Below, in pieces: positions 10,362 through 22,845 of a stretch of 61,948 nucleotides of DNA. The notes under the pieces are model-generated. The model was not told where the DNA came from. It was given only the letters and a program-made list of their open reading frames with translations, and did no database searches. The translations under genes and the position numbers were made by a program. Every line of letters begins with the position of its first letter. Within the stretch, counting starts at the first letter, position 1. This DNA comes from Chara braunii (taxonomy: Eukaryota > Plantae > Charophyceae): NCBI GenBank assembly GCA_003427395.1, contig BFEA01000044.1:2975793-3037740 (forward strand), written 5' to 3'.

Positions 10362-12825
10362 GGCGATGGCGATAGGGACGGAGTAATAGAAGGAGAACGA
10401 GAAGGAGACGGGGAGACGGGCGATAAGCAGTCGTCGTCCTCTTCCGCAGTGGAGGAGGAGTCAGATGGAGGCAAGGATGGGGAAGAAGAAAGGGGACGAA
10501 GGTAGGACACATGGCGGATGATCGGACGAGCCGATCGGCTGCCGGAGACCTCAGGCGCAAGCCGCACGGTGTTCACGTCGTTCGGTCCGAGCTCAATCAC
10601 GCGGAATCGCCCGAAGAATCGTGGCGCTAGCTTGCCCTGGCGAGCACATTTCCTCACCTGCACGATGTCCCCCAATTTGTACTGGGGCCGTGGACCTCCG
10701 TTCCCGTTCCGGGCCTCGTAGCTTCGGACCTGTCGGCCGTGGGCCAATTCGGTCATTTTCTGGCGTTTTCGGGCTAGCCTGGGGAGGGACTGTTCCATTA
10801 ATTCTAAGTGCCGCTTGGCCTTGTCCCGTGCCGTGGCCCTTGTGGCCGGCGGTTGAGCGTTGATTCGTCAGGGAGGCTTGGTATCGAAACGCAAGCGACG
10901 CTATTGGTCCTTAATTGGAAGGGGCTCAGGCCCGTCGATTCATGGGGCATTCCGCGATGGACCGCTAGGATGTGGTCGACGATATCGGGCCAGGGCCTCG
11001 GATCCCGTGCCGCGATGTTTCGTCGCAGCGCTGTCTTTATCACCCCATTTGCGTTTTCCACTAGCCCATTGGATTATGACATATGAGGCGCGGTATTCCG
11101 CACAACGACACCGTGTATGACTAGGTGCCTTAATACCTCCCTCTGAATTCTGCCCCGTTATCGGTCAGGATCTCTTCCGGATCCTGGTGTATCCCGAGAA
11201 AACGGTTAACATACCGCGCGATTTCCGCGGCTTATCGCGTGCGACATGGGTAGGCCTCGATCCATTTCAAAAAGTGGTCGACGAATACCAACAGGACTGG
11301 ATATTCACAACTATTAGGACCAGGGGGTACCACGATATCGGTAGTATCCATACTCACCCTTTGGAACGGACGCTCAACTACCGTTGGTACTATCGATCTT
11401 GGCGGCTGGATCAACGCCTTGTCAGCACCGCAGACTTGATAGTTTGCGACGATGAATTTCACATCGTCCCGAATATTGGACCAATGCCATTCGTTTTTGT
11501 CGATGGCCGACTCCGTAATCCGTACGGCAAAATGGGCAGCCGTTTCGTCGTCTGTTGTCTTCACCCAGTCGTACCTCATGAACGGATGCGGTACAACCAT
11601 CCAAATCCCACTGCCGCCGTTTTCCGTTTTTCTAGCCTACCCTCTATCCATCGGTAATCCCGAGCCCTTTCATTAGCCCTCCTCCGATCTTCCTTGGTGA
11701 AATCCTGGAGTGGGTCACCCACTAAAGTGGCAATCAAAGCGATATCGGTCCATACTTCGGCCCTTTGAAATTTTTGGGTCTTCTCCAACCCTTCTGGCGT
11801 GGCATCCAAAAAGCGAGTCTCGGTCGGGATCTTGTCAACCCGAGATAAGGGGCATAGCCACCGTTTACTGCCATTTCGGTATTGGATGCATGAGCCATGG
11901 GCCCGTGCGACACACTGTCGACAGTCTATCAATTCCGCATACCCTTCCCTGTTAGGACGCATGGAGACAGAATATATGTGAGAAATTGCTTCGCAAAAAT
12001 AACAAAATTTATCAGGCAGGGAGAGAAGAGATGAAGAGGAGATAGGAGAAAGAGGGGTAGTGAGGTTACCTCCGTCACCCATTGCCTGCTTCTTGCCACG
12101 TGGGAGAACTGCCACTTGTCCGTACTTTGGCCCGTTTGCCGGTTCTGATTCCTTCCACGGAGTGATTTCCTCGCCCTTAGGTACTTTAGCGGGCCGATGC
12201 AGACGTGTCAGTCTATCCGCGTTGCCGGGTCTCTCTGTCTTCTGGTGGATAATATCGAAGTCGTACTCCTGTAGTTGTACTGCCCAATGTCCAATCATTC
12301 CCGTGTAATTAGTGAGCTTCTTCAAAGCCAGCAGAGGCTCATGATCCGTTACGAGGCGGAACTTCTACCCGTAGAGATACGGATGGAAGTGCTGAATTCC
12401 CCAGACTACTGCATAACATTCGCCTTGGGGTGCTGAGTCATTCCTCCGTTCGTCTGGCACCGTTAGCGACGCGTACTCGATGACGTGTTCCCGACCATCA
12501 CTCCCCTTCTGCGCTAAAATAGCGAAAATAGCTTTTCCAGTTGCTAGTCCGTGATAAGAATAAACTGTTTTGAGGGGTCCGGTCGGATCAAAATAGGTGT
12601 TGTCGCTAGAGCGTCTTTGAGGGTCGCGAAGACCTGCTCACACTCCGCATCCCAATTGAGAGGCTGGTCCTTTCGTAACAGGTTCGTTAGTGGCCGTGCA
12701 ATCGCGGCGAAGCCTTTGATGAAATGACGATAGTACGATGCCAACCCCAAGAAGGCTCGAACCTGCGTCAGCGACGTGGGAACTGGAGCTTCTCTCACGC
12801 CTCGACCTTTCTCGAGTCAGGCCGC
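10358..12825 (-). pseudogene. pol: Element B pol 3' half: RT thumb, RNase H, PHD finger, integrase (zinc-binding, DDE core, GPY/F)
   Basis: VRAFLGLASYYRHFIKGFA; FILITD; WAVQLQEYDFDIIH...NADRLTR; PFQRVSMD; VFVDHF; TDNGAEF; ENANGVIK; LAPRFFGRFRV; stops and frameshifts present. Confidence 0.92.
11843..12004 (-). other. PHD-type zinc finger domain within B pol
   Basis: CYFC-x23-CRQC-x4-HGSC-x9-WLCPLS fits C4HC3 with the conserved W; last Cys is Ser. Confidence 0.75.
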
Positions 12826-13388
12826 TGTCGCGCGCGGCGGTCCCACACCCTAGACGCAAAGTAGTTTTGTGTCGGACCTCACGGTCGTGTCACGTAGGAG
12901 TTTTCTTTTTGTCACTTTATCAAATACCAACTCCGACCGTGCGCGCGTGCTATACCTCTTGCGACTCCCTACGACAGGTTAGGGATCCCGCGAAGTACAA
13001 CATACGTCCACCTGCGGGAGCTGTCACCATCCCTTAGGTGGGCGTATCCCTGCTGAGCTACTGACCCACGTGCGAAGACTTTTACATGCAATCGCAGAGG
13101 TAGGCCAGCCGAGGGCGTTTTCTCGATCGCCGTAGCATAGGCATACGTGCGGTAGAACACCTTAAGACTGACCTGTATGTCGACCCCCGAGATGCTAACT
13201 CTCCGGACCGACTATCTAATCAGGTCGACTTCTCGGACAATCTTCCACGCTTAAATGGCTGTATGTCCCTTTTGTTGACCTTATAAAAATGTCAGAGTCA
13301 AACCCTTAGTAATCTCTCATTCTTCTCAAAAGAAGTCCCAGACAAAATGACTTTCTAGGTACCGACTGGCCTACGATCCCATTCACAA

Positions 13389-13441
<53 letters not shown>

Positions 13442-14454
13442 CATCAGGGGAGCTGACTGAGCGGTGGACCTCACTTTCACGATTGTCGTGCCCTTTTGCC
13501 CGAATATCCAGAAGATCCCAAACTCAGGAGACAGTACAAATGTCCTACACCTGCGCAGATGCAGGAAAACACATACACACATACAAATGCAAACACAGAA
13601 TGCGCTACGAGTGTCAACCTTTAACCCACTCACAACATGCCACTTGCGCCCCAAACCCTAGAAAACAACATTCCTTCCTAACCCTGACTTCATTTTACCC
13701 CAGGCCCACACATTTCGAAGACCCCTGAGTGTGATTTGGATAATTTAGGCATAGATACAGGGGGAAGATTTATCTGTTCCCTTCTTAGGTCTTGTCTTAG
13801 GTGTGGGTGTCAAGCCAAGAGTGGAAGTTGAGTCGGAGTTCTACCGACCTGTTATCCAGAGATAACAGAATTGCTGCCCTTACAGATTCCCCGTAAGTTC
13901 TCCGAAGTGTCGGAACCTGTAGACACAACACAGTCCAAGAGAATCTTAACATCTCTCTTCCTAACTGAGATCTACAAAGTTCCTTCTAGACTCTGTATCT
14001 TTTGTCTGGCTTCTATCCTTAACTAATTGTTTTGGGTTATTGCCCATTCCGCTTCAATTAGTGAACAATAGTTCACTTCCCCTTTTATTGTCGTACTAAC
14101 TCTCCACATTTCACCTTATTATTCCCCTTGGGATTATCTCGTTTGAATTCCCTTCCTTCCCTTAACACTCATGAACACATCACCAATCCAACATGTGGAA
14201 ATGTTTCTTATGGAAGGAATTAGACAAATGGATGGTCTTTCTCCGAGGCAAGATCTCACTTAGCCTTTCTCAGTAGAATCAGAGACACTTAGTTAGGACT
14301 GAAGAAATGCAGATTGCGGAGAAAGTTAGCGGCGGTATGGCAAACCATTAAGGATATATCCACTTGTTTCTGGAACTTGTCTGACAAAGGCAATTTTTGT
14401 GGGTTTTGGCCCTTGTGCGCCAAAGCACACATAGCGGTAGGCTTACCCTATGAC

Positions 14455-15301
14455 TAATCACTGATAAGGCAGGTATCCCTGAAACCTCCCTACTTCTTAT
14501 ATTGGATTAGTCACTGATAAGACAAGATTCCCCTGCTACTCTTATCACTGACTAGCCGTCAATAAGGCGGGTGTCCAAGGATCCTGGCTATTCTTATCAT
14601 TGACTAAGCACTAGGAAGTTTATTGATAAGGCAGGTGTCCTTGAAACCTCGCTACTCTTACATCAGACTAGTCACTGATAAAACAGGATTTCCCTACTAC
14701 TCTTATCACTAGCCCTCAATAAAATGGGTGTCCAAGGATCCTTACTACTCTTACCAATGAATGAATGTTAGGTTTGAACAATGATAAGGCATATGTCCTT
14801 GAAACCTCACAACTCTTATGTTAGACTAGTCACTGATAAAACAAGATTCCCCTGCTACTCTTATCAGTGGCTAACCCTCAATAAGGCGGGTGCCCAAGGA
14901 TTCTTGCTTACTCTTACCATTGAAAAGAATGTTAGGTTTAATCAGTGATAAGGCATGTGTCCTTGAAACCTCCCAACTCTTATATCAAACTAGTCACTGA
15001 TAAGACAGGATTCCCTGTTACTCTTATCAGTGGCTAGCCCTCAATCAGGCAGGTGTCCAAGGGTCCTTGCCTACTCTTACCACTGAAAAGAATGTTAAGT
15101 TGGTTAATGATAAGGCAGGTGTCCTTGAAGCCTCACAACTCTTATGTCAGACTAGTCACTGATAAGACAGGATTCCTCTGCCACTCTTATCATTGGCTAG
15201 CCCTCAATAAGGCGGGTGTCCAAGGGTTCCTGCACTTACCACTGACCAAGTGTAAGGCTCATTTGGAGTTAAGGCAGGCTTTCCCTGCTAATCTTACCTC
15301 C
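14455..15301 (-). repeat. Higher-order hairpin array: 5 x ~160-bp units, each of three TGATAAG...CTTATCA-type stem-loops
   Basis: TGATAAGGCA at ~14462, 14624, 14782, 14947, 15108; e.g. CTAGTCACTGATAAGA-CAGG-ATTC-CCTG-TTAC-TCTTATCAGTGGCTAG. Confidence 0.9.
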
Positions 15302-15600
15302 ACACAAATCTTACCTATGACTCAAGTCATCGCTTTTGATGGCATTCGAGCCCTGAATCGTTGTTAGTTTGAGAACTTATGTTTGGATCAGGCGTATGAC
15401 AAGAAATAATTGACATGGATCAACATCATTGCATTCTATCACAACAGGCTGAACCAAATGAAACCCATTATCATTAGGCGGCGTATAGAGAGAATGATAT
15501 GAGTAATCGATCCCCTTTGCATCCACATCCTCAAAGAACGCCCACGTAGCAAGATCGTTGTACCCTGGTTACTAACATAGTCATAGGTAAAGGTTACAGA

Positions 15601-15624
15601 TTTAGGGTTTAGGGTTTAGGGTTT
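15601..15624 (+). repeat. (TTTAGGG)3 plant-type telomeric/telo-box tract
   Basis: TTTAGGGTTTAGGGTTTAGGGTTT. Confidence 0.85.
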
Positions 15625-15636
15625 ATGTTGAAGTAC

Positions 15637-15700
15637 ACATACCTCACTCTTCCCTGCCTCCAGAGTTCCGCCTGAACTCCGACAGAGCTCCCGCAATCGC
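15637..15700 (-). promoter_or_regulatory. Conserved leader segment ending in a 5' splice donor (GAG|GTATGT); homolog at 59672-59735
   Basis: CGATTGCGGGAGCTCTG.CGGAG..CAGGCG....TCTGGAGGCAGGGAA.A.T.AG|GTAT shared by C and E. Confidence 0.6.
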
Positions 15701-15959
15701 CCTGTCATTGGTCATGTGTGATCTATACAATCAATTGTTGGTCCTTAGGTTAAGCTAAGGCCATGATTAACTCAAATGAGAATCATGTCTTCAAACAATT
15801 AAACCGAGGAGGCAGGCATCTGAGAGGACCAAACAGAGACAAGTACAGAGGAGGATGGAGGAGGTGGGCACCATGATAGCGTCCCCCTCCTCTCCAATGC
15901 CCCATACTCCCCTTTTCTGGTTCTGTATGATGCCTAATGATAACAATCAGAATAACGAC

Positions 15960-15963
15960 ATAA

Positions 15964-16018
<55 letters not shown>

Positions 16019-16628
16019 TAACAATAATAACGATAATAATAAGTAATAATAGCAATAATAACCATAATAATAGTAATTGCGAGGCATACAAGCGTGACGA
16101 TATATGGAAACCAAGTTGTGAAATCACACAAATGTCCGAGTAGAGATGTACAGACAGAGTGCAGAATCCGTCGAAACGGGAAAACATGAAGAAACAATGG
16201 CCAATGCTTGCATCCATGGGCCACATCAGTAAAGCATTCAAGATCGCTCTTTCTTTATCTGGCACCCAGCCCTGCGTGTCTGTCTGTCCATCTCAACCGT
16301 TTGCCTATCTTAGACTGTTGGTTGGTTTTAGATCGTGTCTGTCCCCGTGTGTGTGTCACAGCGTGATTGTCACATCGTTGTACACCGTGTGTGTGACCGT
16401 GTGCCTGTTGTGTGTCACGGTGTCACAGTATGTTACTTCGTCTGCACGTGTATGTAACAAGTTGCTGGTGAGTACAGTCGATTGGACAAGAGTCGTCGTC
16501 TATCATCCAATGCCATTTGGATCTGAGTTGTATTCCCTGTCTGAGCTTTATGTGGGTGCCAGGTTTCCCTAGCATGATCATCATCTGTTTTGTATGCCTG
16601 TTGGATGTAGAAGTAGGTTAATCGGATC

Positions 16629-16664
<36 letters not shown>

Positions 16665-19291
16665 GTAATTTGTAAGGAATACGAGTGTCGATGATACACC
16701 ACCCAATGCTGCAAAATCACACAGATGTCCGAGTAGCCGTGTACATGCAGAGTACAGTGGTACTCGAGAATCCGTCCATATGGAGAAATATAGGGGAGTA
16801 TCGAGCCAATGCTCACGATCATAGGCCATACCGCCGCAGTATTCAGAGTTGTCCCTCTCTTGTCTGGTGCCTGACCCACTGCTGTGTTCTCTCAATCAGT
16901 GCTTACTTCGATTTTTGAAGACCAATGTACACGATTGTCATATTCGACTCCCCTTCATGCATCAGGTACGTATCTCGTCCTCTTCCCCCTTTTTCCCTGC
17001 TTCTCCTTCTATGCATGTGTTTCTCTCCTCTATGTCACCGTGTACACATGTGTTTCATAGTCTATGGGTCTTAGCCTATCTGTATGTCCATTTGTTTGCC
17101 CTGTCTGTTGCGGTTTTGCCTATCAGTCCTTTTGTCCGTGTCTGCCCGTGTTTATCTGACCGATCAAGAATGTTTGTCCGTGTCTGACCGTGTATCTTGG
17201 CCGCGTATGACTAGTTACCTGATTGTATACAACCATGAATGACCGTGTACCAGTCGTGTGTGACCGTGCCCAACCGTGTGCGATCTGTGCACACCCGTGT
17301 GTCCGTACCCGTTGCTCAGGTATGCCCCGTGATCGGGCACCTATGTCATTGGGCCTTTGTCACTGTTTCCCGCGAGTCTGTGCATCTCAGTGTATCTGTC
17401 TGCCTATGTGTCTTCTGCGTGTGTCACAGGATATGGGTCGCTGTGTATTTGTTGTGTGTATATCCCCGTGCCCGTATATGTCACAACATCTACGCGCGTC
17501 ACATTATCTGAGTTGTTGTGTATCTGCATCATACGTATGTGTCGCTGTACGTGTGTTACCGTGCGCTGTGCCTCACCTGGATGTGTGACCGAGCATGTGA
17601 CTGTGCACCCCGTATCTGTGTCACAGTTTTCTGTTTCACTGTGTAACTTTACTGTGTGTCACTGTGTCTATATGTTCCCGTTTGTCTGTCATTTTCTGTC
17701 TGTCTGTCTTTTGTTTGTTTGTTGGTCATAGGTCTGTCGAATAGGGGTCACAACTTTGTAGAGGTCATAGCTATAGATGTTTCGAAAGGTCAAGGTCGCG
17801 GCTGCTATTGTCCTGAAAGATCCAGGTCGTGGCTGCTGCAGTCCTGGAAAGTAAAGGTCGTGGCTGCTGCAGTTCTGGAAGGTAAAGGTCGTGGCTTCTG
17901 CAGTCCTGAACGGTAAAGGTCGTGGCTGTTGCAGTACTGGAAGGCTAAATCCACAGACTTCCGGAAGGTCCGGAAGTGGCCTTTCAAACATTGCTGACAG
18001 CAGACCAGAGGCCGGTGAGCAAGCGGTGAGCCCAACTGTGTTTCGTCGGCAGTGTGACTGCATCGAGTTCGCAGTGCAAACCCAGGCAGTCAACGGTACC
18101 AGTCTAGTCAGTCCCTAGTCTAATCCAACAAGTACCATGAGGGACCGTGTGCACCATGGGCCGATGGAGAGAGGCAGACCAACGAGTCACAGAAGTATAG
18201 ATCAAGAGGCAGCGTGCAGTCACTCATTCATTCTTGCGTGAGCCATGCGGGAGCGTTACCTGTGTGACTGCGTTTGTCTCTCCATCTGTTCGTATGCATA
18301 TGAAGTAAGATCGAAGGCGAGTTTGATGTAATTATGAACACAAATGATATAATAAATATAAATAAATAACAATTATCCCAACTCATAAAGGAATTGAACG
18401 GTAGCGGTCATCAGAAACCAAGCAGCATCATACGTATGGAAATAGACCGTCTTGTCCCCGTATCAAAAGGGCAGGATTGCATCACGTGTTTCATCAACTT
18501 AAGTATTCAGCAAAAGTTCATAAGTGATACTGTTGGAGTAAACTCTTTATCATAGAACCAATGTCAACAACCTACCAGGCGCCCAGCGAACAGACTGCAA
18601 CTGACAGATCATTTCTATAGACTATCTACAATGTTGTTGGCGATGTCAGCATCTCCCCGAAGTATGGCCAGATCTTGGCCAAGGTCAATCGCCTCAGGCA
18701 CTAGATATGTCTCTCGTCTCACTTACAACCTCGTTCTCATTACACAGGTGCCATCTGTACCTTAAGGACCACCATGCGCCCCATCTGGCCTATTCTACCC
18801 GACTATCCTACCTACAGCTGTGTTCACACAGCAGGCTCACTTCAACTCTCGACGGCCAGTGTACATGACTGTCAACACCATAGCCGACCTTTCTTCATGT
18901 ACCAGGTACGTACCTTCATGTCATTATCACCATCATCCTTCTCTCATCTCCCAGTGTCGGTGTTGGTCTTTTCGTTTGTGTTTGCCTGTCTGTTTGATTG
19001 TGCCCGATTACGTGTCTAACTGTGTGTCTGACTACTCTTGACTGTGTGTCTGTTTCGTGCCAGACTGTGTGTCTGTCTGTATGTGAGTGCGTGAGTGTAT
19101 CCGCATGTGCGTGCGGGACATCCAACGGGATCCAGTGTATGTGATCAGTGAGTTGTTTGGGTGTCGAGTCACCACAGCCAGTTGCAAGTGAACTCTCGTC
19201 TGGTTGCCACATCTCTGAGTATCGCGTGGGCGCGTGTCGCCAGTTTGCTGTGCTGTTGTTGGCATGCATGAAAGTTAGTCTGATTTCTTTC

Positions 19292-19343
<52 letters not shown>

Positions 19344-19742
19344 TGTAAGAAAAAAATCGATAGCGAACTTCAGAAACCAGGCAACATCATACACATGAGA
19401 CCGAGTAGTCGTGACCTTGAACCATCAGCAGACTTGCATCACGAGTTCACCAAATAAGGAGACATCAAGAGCTCATGATTGACAAGCTGGAATAGTCCCA
19501 TCATCATCAACGAAGACCCAGAGTTGATATCCTATCTGGCGCTCGGCGCCCAGACTACAGGTGGCAGATCCTATCTAGCCTATATTGCAATGCCACAGGT
19601 GACGTGTACAACTTTCCGAAGTACGAGCATACAGCTACCAATGTCGCACGCTACCACCATCAGGTATGTCTCTTGCTTCACTCACAGCCTCGTTCCCCGA
19701 CCCACAGTCTGATTCGCCCGCAAATGTTCTTACATAATAATA

Positions 19743-19806
<64 letters not shown>

Positions 19807-20211
19807 GATGATGATGAGCAATAGCGAACTTCAGCAATCAAACAGTATCATATACATAAGGCCAGCTAGTCTTGACCTCGAACCAACAGTAGTATTGCAT
19901 CACGAGATTCACCAAGTAGGAACATATGAAGAGTTCATGATTGACAATGCTGAAACAGTCTCGTCATCATCATCAAGAACTAGAGTTGATGTCCTATCTG
20001 GGGCTCGGCGCCTAGACTACGAATGGCAGATCCTACCTAGCCTATCTACAGCGCCGCTGATGACGCGAACAGCTCACCGAGTACGAGCAGATCTCGGCCA
20101 ATGCTGTTCGCGTCAAGCTCCAGGTATGCCTCTCTCTCTACTCACACCCTCGACCCCCAACTCTCAGATGCCATATGCACCCAAGAGCCACTATGCACCC
20201 ACGGATCACAC

Positions 20212-20293
<82 letters not shown>

Positions 20294-20310
20294 AATAATA
20301 ATAATAGTAA
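15960..20310. mobile_element. Cluster of related, variably truncated repeat units mostly anchored on (AAT)n tracts
   Basis: Units at ~16076, ~16666, ~18390, ~19344, ~19807 share blocks (AATCACACA.ATGTCCGAGTAG; TAGCGAACTTCAG; CCTATCTGG.GCTCGGCGCC; CTTCATG...CAGGTACGTA); AAT tracts at ~15964, 16630, 19294, 19734, 20214. Confidence 0.65.
17762..17945. repeat. 31-bp minisatellite, ~6 copies
   Basis: AGGTCGTGGCTGCTGCAGT.CTGGAA.GTAA. Confidence 0.9.
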
Positions 20311-20426
20311 TATTATAGTGAAAATGCATGTGTACAAGCTATCTTCCATGTTCGTTGCAGTCGAAGAGAGGGTGCGTTGCATTAAAGGGACTGGCGCGCT
20401 ATAGTGGTGGCAATCGACAGTCGAGC

Positions 20427-20427
<1 letters not shown>

Positions 20428-20512
<85 letters not shown>

Positions 20513-21248
20513 TCTTTCTCTCTCCTCGTGTACCCAGGTGCTAATCTCTGAAGGTGGCCTCTTGATGCAGGTACCTCGAAGACAAAGCTGGAGCCACGGC
20601 ATCACGGGTAAGTCTCTTTCTGGCCTCCCCCGCATCTCTCTCTCTCTGATCGCAGACGGCGCAGGCGTTCCTACTAGGTGAGTCACATTCTCTCTCTCTC
20701 TTTCTCATCTCTCTCTCTTTCTCATCTCTCTCCCTTTCTCATCTTTCTCTCTTTCTCATCTCTCTCCCTTTCTCATCTCTCTCCCTTACCTCCGTCTTCA
20801 GCGTCATCATCGGCGTCAGTCGGTCTTCTTCGTCGGCGTCTGACCGTATGCTCAGGTACGTATTCTTCTCCTCCGCTCTCCTTCTCCTTCTTCTTCTTCT
20901 TCTCCTTCCTTCTTCTTCCTCCTTCCTTCTTCTTCTTCTTCTTCTTCTTCTTCTTCTTCTTCGTGCGCTGCCTCCTTTTCTTTCGTGCACTTCCTCAGTG
21001 CACCTCCTCCTCCTGTACTGTACCTGGCCACAATGCCAGCCAGGTTCCGAAACAGAGAAAGTCGATCCCCCCCCCTCGCTCTCGTCCTTTCCTCCGGGGA
21101 CGGTGTCGAGTGACCATGACAGACTGTTTTCGTCACATCTTTCGGCGCATCATCAGGAAGTCGAACCCTCCGACTGTTCAGCCGTGCTCTATGATCAGGT
21201 ATGCGGCCTTCATTTCTTCCATATGCCCACTGTCCCTCTCTCTCTCTT

Positions 21249-21299
<51 letters not shown>

Positions 21300-21536
21300 A
21301 TAACGCGTGGTCACACGTACGCGTGTTCTTAGTAGTGTATATTCCTGTGTTCTAACGGTATATTCATTTGATTGTTTTGCCCATCCTACCGATGGAAGTT
21401 CTACGAAGTCCGTCGCAAGATCGGTGCACACTCATACTCGCACTCTTAGTAGTAGTGTCTCTATGTTCTACCGGTAGATTCGCTCGACTTTGCCCTTTCT
21501 ATCGATGTGAATGTTCCCTCTCCTTCGCCTTCTCTC

Positions 21537-21568
<32 letters not shown>

Positions 21569-22845
21569 TGTTGATACTGTGAAGGTGCAGACCAAAACAA
21601 GATTCGACACCTCATAGCGTAGCGGAAGATTTAGATACCAAAGGTCCGAACAATCGATATTGCTCTGCAGCCCAACATACATCATCATCGTGCCATGGTG
21701 TGAAGGGGTCTGGCGCTCACACAGGAAGAATGCGCCAGTCCCCGCCATACACAGATGAAGAGGAGGGGAACAGACGAAAGAAGGGAGAGAGATGGGAATG
21801 TCGTCGCCACCAAGTCTCTGTCACAAGTCCCAAATAATCCCTCGCTGCAATGTATGAAGTCCAAAAGTCGAGTCTGGATCTGACGTCACCAAGTCTCTTG
21901 CCACAACTCTCTCTCTCTCTCTCTCCCTCGTAGTCCACAGATACTGAGAAGTCAGACAGGGAGAGGGAGAAGAAGAGGTGGTGGACTTAGAAGAGGAAGA
22001 AGCAAAACTCTCTCTCTTTCTCTCCCCTCTCGCACACACACACACACATACATGTAGGGCGTGGTTTTGTACATACCCACGTTTTAGATGTAGATTCATT
22101 CGATTCGTTTTTATTTATTTATTTATTTATTTTTATTTATCTTATTTTATTTATTCCTATCGATATACCATGAGGTAGGCTATGAGGTTAAACGCTTACC
22201 TATTCTCTATGTCGCTCCCCCGTCGTCGTCGTTGTCTGTCGGAGTCGTCGGTCCGTCATTGCAGGTGCAACGCCCTCTCCCGATTCTTCACGAGGATCCG
22301 TCCCGGTGTGCAGCATACCACGACCACGGCACAGGGCGCTACGGACACCGGCTTGCTTCTCATCAGACCAACCCGGTAGGCGTCAGGTAAGTCGCCTCTT
22401 CGTTTCTCTCCTTCTCCCCTCTTCTTCTTCTTCTTCTCCTTCTTCTACAACTTCTCTGCGCGCGCGACCGTCTTCTTCGTCTCCGCTATCCCGCTCTTCA
22501 CCTCCGCTGCTCGCTGTTTCTCATCCCGCTATCTCCTCAGCCCCTCGCGCATCACTCCGCCTCCCTGTTCGTGATATCTTCGGGCCTGCCTCCCACTCGA
22601 TCTTGCCGGTTTAGCGCATGCATTACCCCCGCGCTCGCTCTTTCCTACCTCTGCGCCCACACTCCCGCATGATGCCCTCCTCTCTAGCTTCTTCGCTCTC
22701 TCCTCCTACCGCGCGACCATCTCCATCCTCACGCCTTCTCTCTCTCGCTTGCGTGCGCTATCCCCGCGCTCCGCTTTCCCTCATTCCTCTCTTCTTCTCC
22801 TTCTTCTTCTTCTTCTTCTTCCTTTCTTCTTCTTCTTCTTCTTCG
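20428..22845. repeat. (CT)n, (CTT)n and (CA)n microsatellite-rich region
   Basis: Direct reading (20428-20522, 20880-20962, 21235-21294, 22790-22843). Confidence 0.9.

Noticed and set aside
13010-13070. tRNA gene (GGGTCAGTAGCTCAG on -)
   Set aside because: Only a D-arm-like start; no T-arm or acceptor closure; part of the U5 motif
15601-15624. True or interstitial telomere
   Set aside because: Only three units, internal to an LTR-like element
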